Origin: an uncultured Candidatus Saccharibacteria bacterium
GTDB taxonomy: Bacteria > Patescibacteriota > Saccharimonadia > Saccharimonadales > Saccharimonadaceae
Direction: 5' to 3'
Length of the DNA: 64,000 nucleotides
Assembly: GCA_964488555.1 (NCBI GenBank)
Contig: CAZAUF010000002.1
Coordinates: 49,407-113,406, forward strand
The position numbers and the translations under genes were made by a program. Positions 45,639 to 54,580 of the stretch are shown here, piece after piece. Every line of letters begins with the position of its first letter. Position 1 is the stretch's first letter. The notes under the pieces are model-generated. The model had not been told where the DNA came from and did not search any database. It was given only the letters and a program-made list of their open reading frames with translations.

Positions 45639-46873
45639 TGCCCCTACTCCTCAAAAACCACATCGAAAACGCCGTGGAGTCGCTTCGAAGTAATCGCCTG
45701 CGTACTGCACTGACCGTCCTTGGTGTCACTATCGGTATTGCGAGCATCACGGTCATCCTGTCACTGAGCGTCGGTGCTGCCCGCATCGTTGCCAGTCAGA
45801 TAAACGAGATTGGTAGCGGGCTCGTCGTGGTGCGCTCCGGATCACCCCATCAGAACGTGCGCCTCGACAACCTGACCGCCACTCTAGCGGGCAGTCAAAC
45901 CGCAAGCAGCCTCACAGAAAACGACCTCGACAACATACAGGCACTTCCGGGAGTCAAAGCAGCCGCACCACTCATGCTCATTGGTGGTGGCGTAGCTGCA
46001 GACGACAGCAAGCCAAACGATGTCGCTATCGTCGCCACCACTCCATCACTGCCCGAGGTAACCCCTCTTCCACTCAGCAACGGTCAATTCATAGACACGG
46101 TCACCCGGCGTGACACAGCCGTCATCGGTGCGCAGCTATCGGTAGATTTGTTTGGCACTGAGCAGTCCATCGGTCGCACATTCGACACGCACGGCATGAC
46201 ATTTACCGTCATCGGCGTGCTCAAGCGGCTCAACGATCCTGTCAACTACAACAACGTCGACTTCGACCGGGCTGCCATCATCAGCCTGGAAAGCGGCAAA
46301 ACTTTCCATCAAAACATCGCTGTTTTTCAGCAAATAAACATCCGAGCCGAGTCACAGGACAAGCTGGCCAGCGTCATGTCACAGACAGACAAAATCCTAG
46401 AGAGCAACCACAAAGGCGAGAAAGACTATGTGATCGTCAGCGGTGAATCCCTCGCGCAACCTACCAATGAACTGTTTACAGCAGTAGCTGCCACACTCAC
46501 GACCGTCGCTGGTATATCGCTGATAGTCGGTGGCATAGGTATCATGAACATTCTGCTGGTAGGCGTGGCTGAGCGCACGCGCGAAATCGGTATTCGCAAA
46601 GCTCTCGGCGCATCCAACGCGCACATCGTCTGGCAATTTCTCATAGAATCGCTCGTCATGAGCCTGACAGGCGGTATCATCGGCTACGTCGCTGGTTATC
46701 TGATGGCATTTTCTATAGCACGCAGCTTCCTGCCGTTTGACCCGGCCTTCACCTGGGGTATTGCCGGAGCCGCACTGGGCACATCACTCGTGGTCGGCCT
46801 GCTCTTCGGCCTCTACCCCGCCATCCGCGCCGCCCGCAAAGATCCCATAGAAGCACTGCGTCAGTATCATTAA
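45638..46873 (+). CDS. ABC transporter permease (MacB_PCD + FtsX)
   Basis: 411 aa with a typical MacB-like layout. The start overlaps the ATPase stop. Confidence 0.85.
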   Translation: MPLLLKNHIENAVESLRSNRLRTALTVLGVTIGIASITVILSLSVGAARIVASQINEIGSGLVVVRSGSPHQNVRLDNLTATLAGSQTASSLTENDLDNIQALPGVKAAAPLMLIGGGVAADDSKPNDVAIVATTPSLPEVTPLPLSNGQFIDTVTRRDTAVIGAQLSVDLFGTEQSIGRTFDTHGMTFTVIGVLKRLNDPVNYNNVDFDRAAIISLESGKTFHQNIAVFQQINIRAESQDKLASVMSQTDKILESNHKGEKDYVIVSGESLAQPTNELFTAVAATLTTVAGISLIVGGIGIMNILLVGVAERTREIGIRKALGASNAHIVWQFLIESLVMSLTGGIIGYVAGYLMAFSIARSFLPFDPAFTWGIAGAALGTSLVVGLLFGLYPAIRAARKDPIEALRQYH

Positions 46874-46968
46874 ATTGGTGTAGAATAAACAACAAATTTG
46901 TGTATCTAGACAGATTGGCACACAAACAAAAAACGTCCAATTTCTAGAGAGCGTCAAAACCACCTAGG

Positions 46969-47016
46969 ACACTGTATATAGTGTCTATTGTCTTAATTAT
47001 ACACCATATGTATGAT
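46969..47016. promoter_or_regulatory. tandem NrdR-box-like palindromes overlapping a putative promoter
   Basis: ACACTGTATATAGTGT (46969-84, 15/16) and ACACCATATGTATGAT (47001-16, 11/16), centres 32 bp apart. They flank or overlap -35 TTGTCT (46988-93) and -10 TATGAT (47011-16). Confidence 0.5.
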
Positions 47017-47043
47017 GAAGGTGTCATTTAAAAAGGGGGTGGT

Positions 47044-48546
47044 ATGAGTGACATTTTCATGAACAAATTCATCAAAAAGAAAAAGGGAGCAAAACCAAAA
47101 ACAGGGCTACTCCGGCGACTGAGTCTATGGCTACTAGCAATAGTAGGGTCACTAGGCTTCTCGTTGTCGCCAATGAGCAGCGTCTTCGCCGCAAGTATTT
47201 ATGATGATGTAGTGCATCCTGTTTCTATTTTGACACTAACAAAAATAGACGGATCAGATAGCGAAGCTCTTACCGACCCCATTATAAGTTTCATGCGGGA
47301 TTACTGTGCTACAGAGATTTACAATGCATTCGAATCCACAATCAAAGACGAAGATGGAAATTGGGCAATAGCACAAATAAACAACGCAGGTATAGCAAGC
47401 GTAGCGGTTTACTGGACAACCACACCCAACGCGTCAGCATCCTTCATAAGTGTTAATGGGCTTACGGTTCCTGTCGAAGGACAGGCCATCCTAGGGTTTG
47501 ACTCCAGCGACTCACGAACGTGTGCGGGCGGTATCGTAAATACCAATGGAATACTTGCAACCGGTTGTTCACCATCTCCATGCACTCCTCTCTTTGCACC
47601 GTTTCTCTCTACATATCCTCTTACTTATCCTACCGGATATGATGGCGAGGAGGTCCCAGCAGGGTTGGGAGATATAGACGGTGACGGCTTAACTCTTGCG
47701 CAAGAAATAACACAAGGAACATCTGACGGCGACCCCGACACAGACGGCGATGCGTTGGATGATGATATCGAATCGATTTGGAATCCAGATAGAGACGACA
47801 TTTTCTGCGGCACAAGTTGCGCATACCCTAATCCGTTAGTATGGGATCTCTACGTGGAGATTGACTGGTTGAGTGATGGTACAACATCTTACGAACCAAC
47901 ATACTCTCAGCTTGCATCGGTCAAAAATAAGTTTGCTTACCTCAACATCCTTTTTCATGCAGATACCGGTTTGTTCGGTGGTGGTAACGAATTGACTGTT
48001 GCGAATTTCAACAATCCGCTCGACGTGCGTGATGAATTTTATAGTTTCAAGTGGGGCTATAATACATCGGACCCTGCAAACTTTAACGAAAATCGTTATC
48101 ATATATGGCACTATATGATTTCAGGGTACAATTTTGATGACGGCACTCTTGGTTCTACTACTTCATCTGGTAAGGCAGAAGGAGGAGGTGACGATACGTT
48201 CATTTCGTACGGGTACTTAAAGGATAATCAAAGCGGTTTTGGATATGCAAATTTTGACGATGCAGTGACCGGAACAATCATTCACGAGTTGGGCCATAAT
48301 CTATGCCTCACGAATACATCATATTTCGGGCAAGATTCGTCCTGTTTATTTAGTGGTATAGACGATTACTCTGCATCTTCAAATTATCAGAGCGCGATGA
48401 ACTACCACTACCAGTTTACCAACAACTATTCGTATTCTGACGGAACACATGGTACTGGTGATCACAATGACATAAATGCAATCGTCATAGGTATAGATGA
48501 CTTTTTAGACGATGACGACTCTTCTCTGGGAGGTCCAAGTGTCTAA
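47044..48546 (+). CDS. secreted zincin-like (HExxH) protein with Asp-rich Ca-binding-type repeats
   Basis: Signal peptide ending SVFA/AS. DIDGDGL...DGDPDTDGDALDDD repeats, HELGHNLCL, and a SAMNY Met-turn-like motif. Confidence 0.55.
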   Translation: MSDIFMNKFIKKKKGAKPKTGLLRRLSLWLLAIVGSLGFSLSPMSSVFAASIYDDVVHPVSILTLTKIDGSDSEALTDPIISFMRDYCATEIYNAFESTIKDEDGNWAIAQINNAGIASVAVYWTTTPNASASFISVNGLTVPVEGQAILGFDSSDSRTCAGGIVNTNGILATGCSPSPCTPLFAPFLSTYPLTYPTGYDGEEVPAGLGDIDGDGLTLAQEITQGTSDGDPDTDGDALDDDIESIWNPDRDDIFCGTSCAYPNPLVWDLYVEIDWLSDGTTSYEPTYSQLASVKNKFAYLNILFHADTGLFGGGNELTVANFNNPLDVRDEFYSFKWGYNTSDPANFNENRYHIWHYMISGYNFDDGTLGSTTSSGKAEGGGDDTFISYGYLKDNQSGFGYANFDDAVTGTIIHELGHNLCLTNTSYFGQDSSCLFSGIDDYSASSNYQSAMNYHYQFTNNYSYSDGTHGTGDHNDINAIVIGIDDFLDDDDSSLGGPSV

Positions 48547-48601
48547 TGAGGTACCGGTTCGCACAAGCCCCTGCGGCAGAAACTTGTGTTACTATAAGCT
48601 T

Positions 48602-49009
48602 ATGGTTAAAGTAATTCTTTCATCCCTAGAGAGAACGGCTACTCTACATAGAGCGACCTCACTTGCGACAATTCTTTCCTTGATTTTTTGCGTAACTATA
48701 CCGCCTCTGGGAGTAAGTGCGGTTTTTAAGCCAGGAGAAAACAACAATGTTAATCCTGAAGAAATAAAAAGGCATAAAAGCCCTGATGACAAAAGAACTT
48801 TAAGTTCGCCCACTGCCAATAATAATTCTTCTGCAAACACCACAAGCAATGACTCTTCAATACATGAAGAGGTTGAAAATAATAATACGAAAAATGCTAC
48901 GAATAACGTAAAAACAACCAACGACATGAACCTCTGGCTCATCAGTGGAGGTGTGGCGTTGGTTCTTGTGATAGCCAGTGCTATCGTGTGGCGACTGAAG
49001 AAGCGGTAG
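48602..49009 (+). CDS. hypothetical Asn/Ser-rich protein with N-terminal signal-like segment and C-terminal TM anchor
   Basis: Internal ATG at 48602. C-terminal LWLISGGVALVLVIASAIVWRLKKR. Visibly AT-rich coding sequence. Confidence 0.4.
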   Translation: MVKVILSSLERTATLHRATSLATILSLIFCVTIPPLGVSAVFKPGENNNVNPEEIKRHKSPDDKRTLSSPTANNNSSANTTSNDSSIHEEVENNNTKNATNNVKTTNDMNLWLISGGVALVLVIASAIVWRLKKR

Positions 49010-49037
49010 CCTCTTTGCCTCTGTCGTATGAATCTGT

Positions 49038-50081
49038 TTATTGCGTCAGTTCGATTTTGAACTTCTCTACCAGATCTACGGGTGTTGGGTCGACGCCGTT
49101 GAGGATGGCGACGTAGATGCTCACGAAATCTGCCAATATGCAGCCCCAAAGCATTTGCGCCAGTAGATTATCACCCTGAAGTTCGACGGGTACGGCCTTG
49201 GGGCGCATGCCGCTGAGCAACCTGTCGGACACCTCGAAACGCTTGAGTATACGAGGGTGCTCAAACGAGCTTTTCAGATCGAACACCGCAAACGGCTTAT
49301 CGACAGGATGTGACGACCAACCGATAAATTCGTTGTGATTTGTCTCTGGGTACACGTTTGTATATGCCACGTTTTTGGCATTTTCGTTCCAGCTGATTTT
49401 CCATTTGTATGCCACCGGACCAGTCAGGCGACCGCCATAAAATATCGGTGTCTTGCCCACTGCAAGCAGTGCCAGCTGCTTGGCGTAGTTTTTGTCGGTC
49501 GGGATATCTGGAGCCCACTGGGCAGACTCTGCCTGCAGCCACTCTGCCGGAGCCACTACCTGCTCCACGACATCCTGAGGCACCACGCCGAAATGTGCCA
49601 ATAACTCCACCAGCGCACGCAGATTGGACAGCATAGCCATGCGTGGTTGCAATCCAGCAGGCACGACGACACGTGCCATCTTGCTGGCCTCTGCTCGCTC
49701 TACCAGCTTGCCACCGGCCGCGATGACGCCTATCTGCGCTGAACGCTCAAGTGCCTGATCCAGGCAGCTGATGGTTTCTTCTGTATTGCCCGAGTAACTA
49801 CTGGCAATCACAAGGGTAGATTCGTCGACGTATTCCGGCAAGTCGTATTCTCGAACCACCTCAAACGGCACCTTCAACATAGTGTAGAGTCCGGCTTTTG
49901 CCACCAACGCGGCGAGCGCGCTACCGCCCATACCAGCCACAATAACCCTGGTAATAGGACGTCCATCATGATCGCCATCCACCACTTCTGCCGCCAGTTG
50001 TACCTGACTCCACTGCTCGGCAGCTACGCCAAGCGCGTTTTGCGGATCTCGCTGTTTCAGCACGTTTACATCGTCAAGCAT
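49038..50081 (-). CDS. bifunctional phosphoglucose/phosphomannose isomerase-type SIS protein
   Basis: SIS motifs (VIVAGMGGSALAA, ASSYSGNTEET) and a C-terminal PGI/PMI-family domain. Confidence 0.75.
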   Translation of the reverse strand: MLDDVNVLKQRDPQNALGVAAEQWSQVQLAAEVVDGDHDGRPITRVIVAGMGGSALAALVAKAGLYTMLKVPFEVVREYDLPEYVDESTLVIASSYSGNTEETISCLDQALERSAQIGVIAAGGKLVERAEASKMARVVVPAGLQPRMAMLSNLRALVELLAHFGVVPQDVVEQVVAPAEWLQAESAQWAPDIPTDKNYAKQLALLAVGKTPIFYGGRLTGPVAYKWKISWNENAKNVAYTNVYPETNHNEFIGWSSHPVDKPFAVFDLKSSFEHPRILKRFEVSDRLLSGMRPKAVPVELQGDNLLAQMLWGCILADFVSIYVAILNGVDPTPVDLVEKFKIELTQ

Positions 50082-50177
50082 AGTCTCCTCCTCTCACAGA
50101 TTCTGTTGCGAGTTTCACTGTATATATGATACACTTTGCACAGACAAAAGCATAACTAATATGTACGTGAGGTGGGC

Positions 50178-50705
50178 ATGACTGCAGAGACAGACGAACA
50201 GGATTTAGTAAAGGCACTCGATAGTGTCGCCGGTACCGCTGCGAGTATCGGGGGTGTTCCTGCGTCAGATACTGCGACCGCGACCGCTCCAGTGGCGGGC
50301 GCAGTGGAGTCACCTTTTCCTGGAACTTCCACTCCTTCCACGGAGCAACCTCTAACCGTCACCTCGACTCCTTATCTGGATCCTGCAAATACAAGCACCC
50401 CCTCGTCGACGCTCCCCCAGCCTACGGACAATCCATCGAACACTGACAGTGGCGATAATGGTCCGCTAGAGTCAATCAAGCAGGACGCGCTGGTAGCACT
50501 ACGTCCACTCGTCGACAAGCTTGACCTCGCGCCAGAAGAAAAGTTCGATACCTACCTACTGCTTATTCGTAGCACCGACGACAAGGATCTCATCGCACCA
50601 GCTCATGAAGCTGCCAAATCCATAGAAGACGAGACAAAACGCGCCGAAGCACTGCTCGATATCATCAAAGAAATCGACTATTTATCACGGCAAAACAAAT
50701 CATAA
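50178..50705 (+). CDS. hypothetical protein
   Basis: ATG at 50178 follows GAGGTG. The N-terminal half is Thr/Pro/Ser-rich and the C-terminal part is helical. Confidence 0.45.
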   Translation: MTAETDEQDLVKALDSVAGTAASIGGVPASDTATATAPVAGAVESPFPGTSTPSTEQPLTVTSTPYLDPANTSTPSSTLPQPTDNPSNTDSGDNGPLESIKQDALVALRPLVDKLDLAPEEKFDTYLLLIRSTDDKDLIAPAHEAAKSIEDETKRAEALLDIIKEIDYLSRQNKS

Positions 50706-50707
50706 AC

Positions 50708-50735
50708 AAAAAGCTCCTCGGACGAGGAGCTTTTT
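50708..50735. terminator. bidirectional terminator between convergent genes
   Basis: AAAAAGCTCCTC-ggac-GAGGAGCTTTTT. Confidence 0.7.
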
Positions 50736-50749
50736 CGTTACGTGAACAA

Positions 50750-52072
50750 TTATTTTTTGTGTTCAGAATGCGACTTGACTTCTTCGTCGATGTCAACGAT
50801 AGTCGTCGAATCAGCAGTATTCGTGCTATGACTGCTTGAACCGGTGCGGGTCTGAGCATGGAGGAGCGTGTCTTCCAATTCACGACGGCTCTTGAGGTAG
50901 TAGACGATACCGAAGGTAATCGCACCGATACCCACCATTCCAGCTATGACTTCCACGGGACCAGTGGTCGGTAACTCACACTCGCCGGTAATCGTCACGC
51001 TCGCCGCATCTTTCAGGAAACCACTCTTGGTTTCCACGGCTGCAGTATTCTGCAGAGTCGTACAAGGCACACCGTTCGCTTTGGCGCGGAACACCAGATA
51101 TCCGGCTGCACCTGGGTTGTAGTCACCCACGTTTAATCCTGACGTGCTGATTCCATCACCCACGGCTTTGTCGGTAATGGTACTACCGGCGGTCAGGCGT
51201 GATGAACCTTTGATATAATCAAGACCTTTTGGCAACTCATCTTTGAAGGTGACGTCCTTTTGAGTGACTGTGTCGCTGGTGTTTTTGTAGCTCAGCAAAT
51301 ATTCGACTTCCGTACCTGGAGCAACCTTGATGGCGTCTTTCCACTCCTTGGTACCGCTCTTGCGCACTTCTTTTTTGAAGGTGAAGTTCGGCTGATCAGC
51401 CTGGACATCAAAGGTGATGTATCCCGAATATTCGTTACATCCTGGCAGGTTGCCGTTGAGCGAATCATAACCAAGCGGCACGCCGTTCGCGCTTAGTATA
51501 GTGTCTGGCATAACTTTTTTGTTCACCGCGCCGAAGCTATGAATGACGGTAGAGCCTGGCACGTAGTGCAACGCGATGTCTTTGCCCGAAGAGTTAGTAA
51601 ACTTCACTTCATCGTATACGCTCTTGGGAGTGGCGTTGCTCGCGCCCACATACCCTGCCATTTCGGTAGGTACGCCGTTTTTCACGATTGCTGGCACTTC
51701 AGCACGCGCATAGGCGTTTTTCGCAATTCCTGTGCCATTGGCATTGAGACTTTCTTTCGCATTGTTGTGATAGAAAATCATGACGGTGTACTTCTTGCCA
51801 GGTGTCAGTGCGACATTGTCTGAGTACGAACCATCATTGGCTGTTTTCTCCTTGGCGCGCATGAAGTTACGCTCATCGCCATGAGTTGGGTTGTCCGTAA
51901 TCGAGTTGAACGTCACGTACGATGCAGGATTCTGCATAGTGAACGTCGTGCGAGACGGACCCCATGCCATGACAGCGGCGGGGATAAGCCCGACAAGCGC
52001 GATGCTCAATATACATACGCTCAATGTGCGTATCCGGAAACTGGTAGTGAGATTACTGATAAACGTGCGCAT
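50750..52072 (-). CDS. LPXTG-motif surface protein
   Basis: Signal peptide, beta-rich repeats, then ELPTTG + TM (VIAGMVGIGAITFGIVYYL) + KSRR, followed by an unusual extra ~45-aa tail. Confidence 0.7.
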   Translation of the reverse strand: MRTFISNLTTSFRIRTLSVCILSIALVGLIPAAVMAWGPSRTTFTMQNPASYVTFNSITDNPTHGDERNFMRAKEKTANDGSYSDNVALTPGKKYTVMIFYHNNAKESLNANGTGIAKNAYARAEVPAIVKNGVPTEMAGYVGASNATPKSVYDEVKFTNSSGKDIALHYVPGSTVIHSFGAVNKKVMPDTILSANGVPLGYDSLNGNLPGCNEYSGYITFDVQADQPNFTFKKEVRKSGTKEWKDAIKVAPGTEVEYLLSYKNTSDTVTQKDVTFKDELPKGLDYIKGSSRLTAGSTITDKAVGDGISTSGLNVGDYNPGAAGYLVFRAKANGVPCTTLQNTAAVETKSGFLKDAASVTITGECELPTTGPVEVIAGMVGIGAITFGIVYYLKSRRELEDTLLHAQTRTGSSSHSTNTADSTTIVDIDEEVKSHSEHKK

Positions 52073-52092
52073 ATGTTTGTTTTCCTTTTTGT

Positions 52093-53958
52093 TTATGCCG
52101 GTGGACCTTGGTCGCCGCTTAAATCATTTGTGCCGCTGACTCTTTCTACCGGGCCGCTCTGCCCTACGCCGGAGTCAGGGGTGATACCGTGTTCGGTTCC
52201 TGGAGGAGCCATGCTCGATGCGCCGCCAGGAGCGGTTTGCTCAACGACAATTGGTGGTGCCGGTGGGGCCGTATGGGCTGGAGCTGGCTTAAATGTACCG
52301 TCACCAGGATGAGGGAAGTGATTCTGCTTGGGTGGCTCAGGCTCAGGTGGAGGCGATGGTGGCGGAGGTACCTCCGGAGGCGTAATTGGCGGTGGAGGTG
52401 ATGGAGGCGGTGTCTCTGGTGGTGCCACTGGAGGTCCCTGTGGCGGAGGTGAAGATGGAGGTGTATACGGAGGCGGTGTCTCACTCGGAGGTGTGTACGA
52501 AGGTGTCGGCGTAACCTCGACAGGAGGTGGCGGCGCAGCAGGAGCTGGGTTGATGAAATGACTCCACTGCCAGCCACAACTCATATGTGCATAGTGTTTG
52601 GAGCCGTCCTTGAGCTCTATAACCACAAAGTCATTGCCCTGCGGTCCATACTTATGTATGTTGCTTGCTGAATCAACATAACCATCGTACGATACCGTAA
52701 CCGTACCATCGGGGTTCGCGACAGCGAAGTAGCTACCATAATCGCGCGCGTCCGTCACCACGCTGACGTTTTTGACCTGTTCGCCCAGGTAATCCATGAG
52801 TTCCTGATGTTTCTGTTGGAATAGGTCTGGGTCATTGATCATTTGTTCAGCAAGTCCTCGAATGGATGCATCATCCTTGCCATTCAAACCAAACTCGCTC
52901 AACGTCGCGCTTAGTTCGCCCGGGCTATCGGGGAGATGATTGTTGAAGAAGTCGTGCCAACCAGCTGGCTTGTCACCATCTTCCGGACTTGCTTCCGGCA
53001 TAGTACCCCAATCGTTGCCCAACTTCGCTGGGTCACGTGCCGGGTCTTCATTCGGATCATAAGCATAGTCATGAGGTGGTGGCGTTTCCACTTCTGCCTC
53101 CGGACTGTCCTGACTGTCATCATCCGTATGGCCGTCTTCGGGGCTCTGGCTCTGATCTCCGCCGCCAGAATGGTCTTCGGTGCTGTTGTTGCCATCGCCT
53201 ATACCTGGCATAAAATCAAACGCGTGACCCCTGTACGCAAGATAAAGTGCAGCTGCGCCAAATAGCGACAGATGGACATTGCGAAGGGCGCGCCGTTCAT
53301 GCTTCTTGCGCTCCTCCGGGCTCATGCCGCGGAACTTATCGTTCCAACGTTCATCCCGGCTAGCGGTACTCGAGTGCAATATAAATTTCGTTGCGAAATG
53401 TTGCGAAGCAGCAATCGGTGAGCTAAGTGCCCATTTTGTGCCTTCACCGATACCAGCTAACCTCTTGCCCAAGCGACGCAGGATGGATTTGCTACGGCTG
53501 GCCTCCACGGCTTCTGCCGTGGTTGGAACTCCTACCGGCGCACCTTCCGGTAGTTCATGTGACCGCTCACTATCGTCAGCTTCGCCAGTAGGTATGCCAA
53601 ATGCGCGTCTGAGCTTATCCACGAGATCGGGGTTTTGCTCGACAATTTCGCCAAGTCCTGTATTCATCATGTTGAGTGCTTGACCGTGCAATCTCTCGGA
53701 ATTATATATGCGATCCATCATCGCAGGAGATATGCTAGCAGCTATAGTCGGGCCGAACGCTTTTTCAAAATCAATCGGCTCACGCTTTTCCTTCTCAGGT
53801 GAATCAGACGTGTGCTCATCATCTTTCGAGTCATGTTTCTCTTGATCATCCACAGCTGGCTTTTCGGGCTCGCTTCCGATAACTTCGGTTTTAGCATCAG
53901 CAAAACCGCTCGGCGCGGTAAAGCGTCGCTCTTCGACTGGGTCAGACTCGTGTTTCAT
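52093..53958 (-). CDS. hypothetical membrane protein with long proline-rich C-terminal region
   Basis: 621 aa with an acidic N-terminus, one TM (LSLFGAAALYLAY), a globular part and a ~120-aa PPxP-rich tail. Confidence 0.5.
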   Translation of the reverse strand: MKHESDPVEERRFTAPSGFADAKTEVIGSEPEKPAVDDQEKHDSKDDEHTSDSPEKEKREPIDFEKAFGPTIAASISPAMMDRIYNSERLHGQALNMMNTGLGEIVEQNPDLVDKLRRAFGIPTGEADDSERSHELPEGAPVGVPTTAEAVEASRSKSILRRLGKRLAGIGEGTKWALSSPIAASQHFATKFILHSSTASRDERWNDKFRGMSPEERKKHERRALRNVHLSLFGAAALYLAYRGHAFDFMPGIGDGNNSTEDHSGGGDQSQSPEDGHTDDDSQDSPEAEVETPPPHDYAYDPNEDPARDPAKLGNDWGTMPEASPEDGDKPAGWHDFFNNHLPDSPGELSATLSEFGLNGKDDASIRGLAEQMINDPDLFQQKHQELMDYLGEQVKNVSVVTDARDYGSYFAVANPDGTVTVSYDGYVDSASNIHKYGPQGNDFVVIELKDGSKHYAHMSCGWQWSHFINPAPAAPPPPVEVTPTPSYTPPSETPPPYTPPSSPPPQGPPVAPPETPPPSPPPPITPPEVPPPPSPPPEPEPPKQNHFPHPGDGTFKPAPAHTAPPAPPIVVEQTAPGGASSMAPPGTEHGITPDSGVGQSGPVERVSGTNDLSGDQGPPA

Positions 53959-54108
53959 GTGGTGGTTCCTGAGAAAGTACTTTTTGTTTTTTGTTTGTTT
54001 TTGTGAACTCTACTTGGATGCTAGCATAAACGGAATGCCATGTCAATATGGTGCATGATGCAGCAAACTCCGCCTACTGACGGAGTTTGCAAAGTATATG
54101 GATATCTA

Positions 54109-54528
54109 TTACTGAGCAGGGCTCTGAGGCGTACCATCTGACGACTTATCGGATGACTGTTCGCCTCCGTCGGCTTCAGGCTGTGTCGGTAGCGTCGGTG
54201 GCGTACCTTCGTCGCCAGTCGGCTCGGCACTCACGCTGTCAGGCACATCGAGCGTTGGAGGCTCTTCATCTGGACCGACGGTCGGTACCGGAGTAGAAAG
54301 CTCAGGCGCTCCCTCGGTACCGTTCGGCGTTGTCACGTCTGTACCGCCCACAGGAGTCGGCTCTACCTCACTGCCTGTTGGCGCATCAAGCTGCGGTGGC
54401 GGGGTCTGCGACTCATGTGACTGTGCGGGAACTTCCGGTTCCTTTGGCTTCTTGCCGAAGAGTTTTGCCCAGAATCCTTGCTTTGGTGGTTCTGGCGGGG
54501 TGATGTTTGTGTTGTCTGCTGGAGGCAT
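54109..54528 (-). CDS. hypothetical Pro/Thr/Glu-rich protein
   Basis: 139 aa, disordered-looking, with N-terminal amphipathic GFWAKLFGKKP. Confidence 0.4.
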   Translation of the reverse strand: MPPADNTNITPPEPPKQGFWAKLFGKKPKEPEVPAQSHESQTPPPQLDAPTGSEVEPTPVGGTDVTTPNGTEGAPELSTPVPTVGPDEEPPTLDVPDSVSAEPTGDEGTPPTLPTQPEADGGEQSSDKSSDGTPQSPAQ

Positions 54529-54580
54529 GGTATTTCCTTGCTTAGTTCTCCTTAAACACTAGCTTTTTCGTAAAAGCCTG

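Noticed and set aside
50115-50130. Additional weak NrdR-like matches: TCACTGTATATATGAT at 50115-50130 and ACGGAATATATGATAT at 31215-31230
   Set aside because: They score only 10-11 of 16 and have no partner box at 31-32 bp. The second lies inside an RBS-proximal leader. They cannot be distinguished from chance AT-rich matches without a genome-wide background.
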